DNA of 63,749 bases, filler included, from Licmophora abbreviata (Eukaryota), in the NCBI GenBank assembly GCA_900291995.1. It is 19 parts of 19 records of this genome, joined end to end, with 100 filler letters (N's around TTAATTAATTAA, not from the genome) between each part and the next. Parts side by side here need not be neighbours in the genome. Positions count along the whole stretch, not along the records: positions 61,990 to 63,749 come from OLMU01000577.1; 18 more parts are not named here. One strand, written 5' to 3'. Below, piece after piece: positions 61,990-63,749 of this stretch. The position numbers were made by a program, and so were the translations under genes. Under the pieces are notes generated by a model that was not told the DNA's origin, did not search any database, and saw nothing but the letters and a program-made list of their open reading frames with translations. The number at the start of each line of letters is the position of its first letter. Within the stretch, counting starts at the first letter, position 1.

Positions 61990-62190
61990 CGTAACCTGTT
62001 TGCCACCCTTCGTGTTGGGACCTTGTTTACCACCTTTAGTGCTTCCTTGCTTGCCCCCTTTCGTGTTCGTAACCTGTTTGCCACCCTTCGTATTGTGACC
62101 TTGCTTACCGCCTTTGATGCTTCCTTGCTTGCCTCCTTTCGTGTTCGTAACCTGTTTGCCCCCTTTTGTGGCGATGCTCTTCTTTCCTCC
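61990..62190 (-). repeat. Coding KGGKQ repeat, 7 copies arranged as a 78-nt (26-aa) higher-order unit, running into a spacer
   Basis: TKGGKQVTN-TKGGKQGS-(I/T)KGGKQG(H/P)N twice plus the start of a third unit. Confidence 0.92.
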
Positions 62191-63749
62191 ATCCTTTCCG
62201 GTGGAGTTTCCATCTAAGCCTCCTTGACCATCTCCTTGAATCGTCAAGATGGCTTCGTCGCAGGCGCGTAGTTCGTTTTTATCTGTGACACAAGCACTAT
62301 TGGAGAGGGATAGATCTGCGGGTGAGCCGCCACAACTCCGCTTTCCGCCGATGCTCCAAGATGCAATCTGCCAATCGGGATTCTCACGCTCGTGCGGGCC
62401 CTCTTTTTCCCCCCAACCTTCCAGAAACTTGTCCGAACATGAAATTTGGAGGGTGAACGGTGCATCACCGTTTGGAGGGTTCCACTCAACCTGCTTGTTT
62501 TTCACAGAGAGTAACGAACTTGAATCGTCGATCCCATTGAGAACTGCAACACCGTTATTGTTACCCTCAAGTACGTTTCCATTCACAAATACAAATCGGA
62601 AGTTACGGAAAGACTCCCCGACAGGTTCAGAAACGACGGTCGTCGATGCAATTGTTGTGTAGTCAACGGTGATTACTACCGATTGGAATGCCGGAATCTT
62701 CACGCTACAGGCAACTTCCTGCTCGAAACTAGACGAACAGTCGCCGTCTCCCCTGACTTCTATGCCCTCAATACTGAGTAGACTATTGACGGAGTCAGTG
62801 ACTTTCAAGTCAGTCAAGTCGGCCTCCCCAGTGTTGAAGACCTCAATCGTGAACGAATGAGAAGATCCGGGCAAAACAGTATCCGGACTGAAAGTTTTTT
62901 CAATCTCAACGAATGCAGTTCCATCGTGTAGGGCGGGGCTCTCGCTTGGACTTCCACTGGGACAGTCGTCAGAGGGGGGCAGTGTCATGTCAACAGAAAT
63001 TGGTGCTGACGTCGGAAACGCGGGAGGGCCTCCACTAATCGGTGCTGGAGTGGGAGGTTCAGCATCACAATTACCAGGACAGAAACAAATATAACGAAGT
63101 GCGCCCGAGCTCTGTAAGGTAATTGTAAGTTCTCGTACTCCTTCGAACTCATCAAGAGACGCTGTTTGAACTGAATTTTCACCAATTCCCTCGATTTCGA
63201 GGAATTCGGTTGTTTCAACGATCCCTCCATTGCCCTGAAGGACAGTTACAATCTCCGCAAGTGCGGAATTGTTGGAATAAATATTCATAAGACCCACATC
63301 AAGCAGCTTATCAAGTTCGCAGGCGAAATTGAAAACAAAGCTTCCACCCTCAATCTCACTATTTGGTGAAGTTGTTCCCCCCTGCTGGATAACAATCACA
63401 TTTCCGACGGGATCGCAATTCTCTCCCAATTCACCAGGTCGGCCGCCCTGACCAGTTCCAGGTCCAGGTATACTACAAGCCTCATTCGGACTGCCAAAAT
63501 TCATATCGGTCAAATTTGCGGTGGCCGTGTCCAAAACTCTCGGTCGTCCAGATGCATCCGTGGACGTAGTCGTCATCGTTATACCATACAAACTAAACCA
63601 TTCCATGCTCAAAAAGTCGCCGTGTTGTATTGCTGAATTGTCAGGAAACATGGCAAAATCCAGACACACCTTCTCGCTCGAGCTACAAGGGGTCGTAGAG
63701 GATGAGGGTGGTGCAGACAGAGCTTCGGCTGGGCCCGCCGTCGGTAGCG
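61990..63749 (-). CDS. Modular protein C, presumably extracellular (both ends missing): divergent Cys-domain (63687-63067), DUF11-type Ig-like domain with ~110-aa insertion (~62917-62240), KGGK repeat tail
   Basis: Frame open to the window edge; GSPNEACSIPGPGTGQGGRPGELGENCDPVGNVIVIQ matches the gene A/B domain; IEKT...FTIEVFNTG...VTDS...LSNSACV; signal peptide not in window. Confidence 0.85.

Noticed and set aside
1..63749. tRNA, rRNA, transposase/retroelement ORFs, telomeric repeats, operon-like prokaryotic systems
   Set aside because: None recognised by eye; small ncRNAs or MITEs cannot be excluded without tRNAscan/Infernal/repeat searches

Overview
Eukaryotic nuclear DNA, most likely from a diatom. 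This is inferred from short GT-AG introns, bipartite signal-plus-'xAF/SF' plastid leaders, RXL-containing secreted proteins, KXXK repeats and diatom-type domains. The window is a scaffold broken by 18 artificial 100-nt spacers (N-run/TTAATTAATTAA/N-run). At least six spacers have duplicated flanks, so they are overlaps rather than true gaps. About 30 genes can be called, mostly housekeeping: MFS transporter, TBCB, TLC protein, eS30, AMPK-beta, thioredoxin, ArgJ, two-C2 copine-like protein, CPA2 antiporter, eL20/L18a, SUMO, CDF, triple HMG-box, carotenoid oxygenase, SMP-30, RRP40, UNC-50, RING, ABC-F. The most interesting element is a three-member family of large modular proteins, presumably extracellular (A: 8377-11350, B: 14059-20406, C: 61990->63749). 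They carry six copies of a ~200-aa Cys/Gly/Pro/acidic domain I cannot name, bacterial-looking DUF11-type Ig-like repeats and Pro/Thr linkers. A and B have signal peptides and RXL sites at both ends. C has an apparently intact Lys-Asp-Asn isopeptide triad, a KGGK array and loss of the acidic motifs. The ORF track also misses a scrambled CobW/COG0523 pseudogene, a decayed RING duplicate, a 19-nt micro-exon and a frameshifted C2 terminus. All family assignments are from motif recognition by eye; no searches were run.
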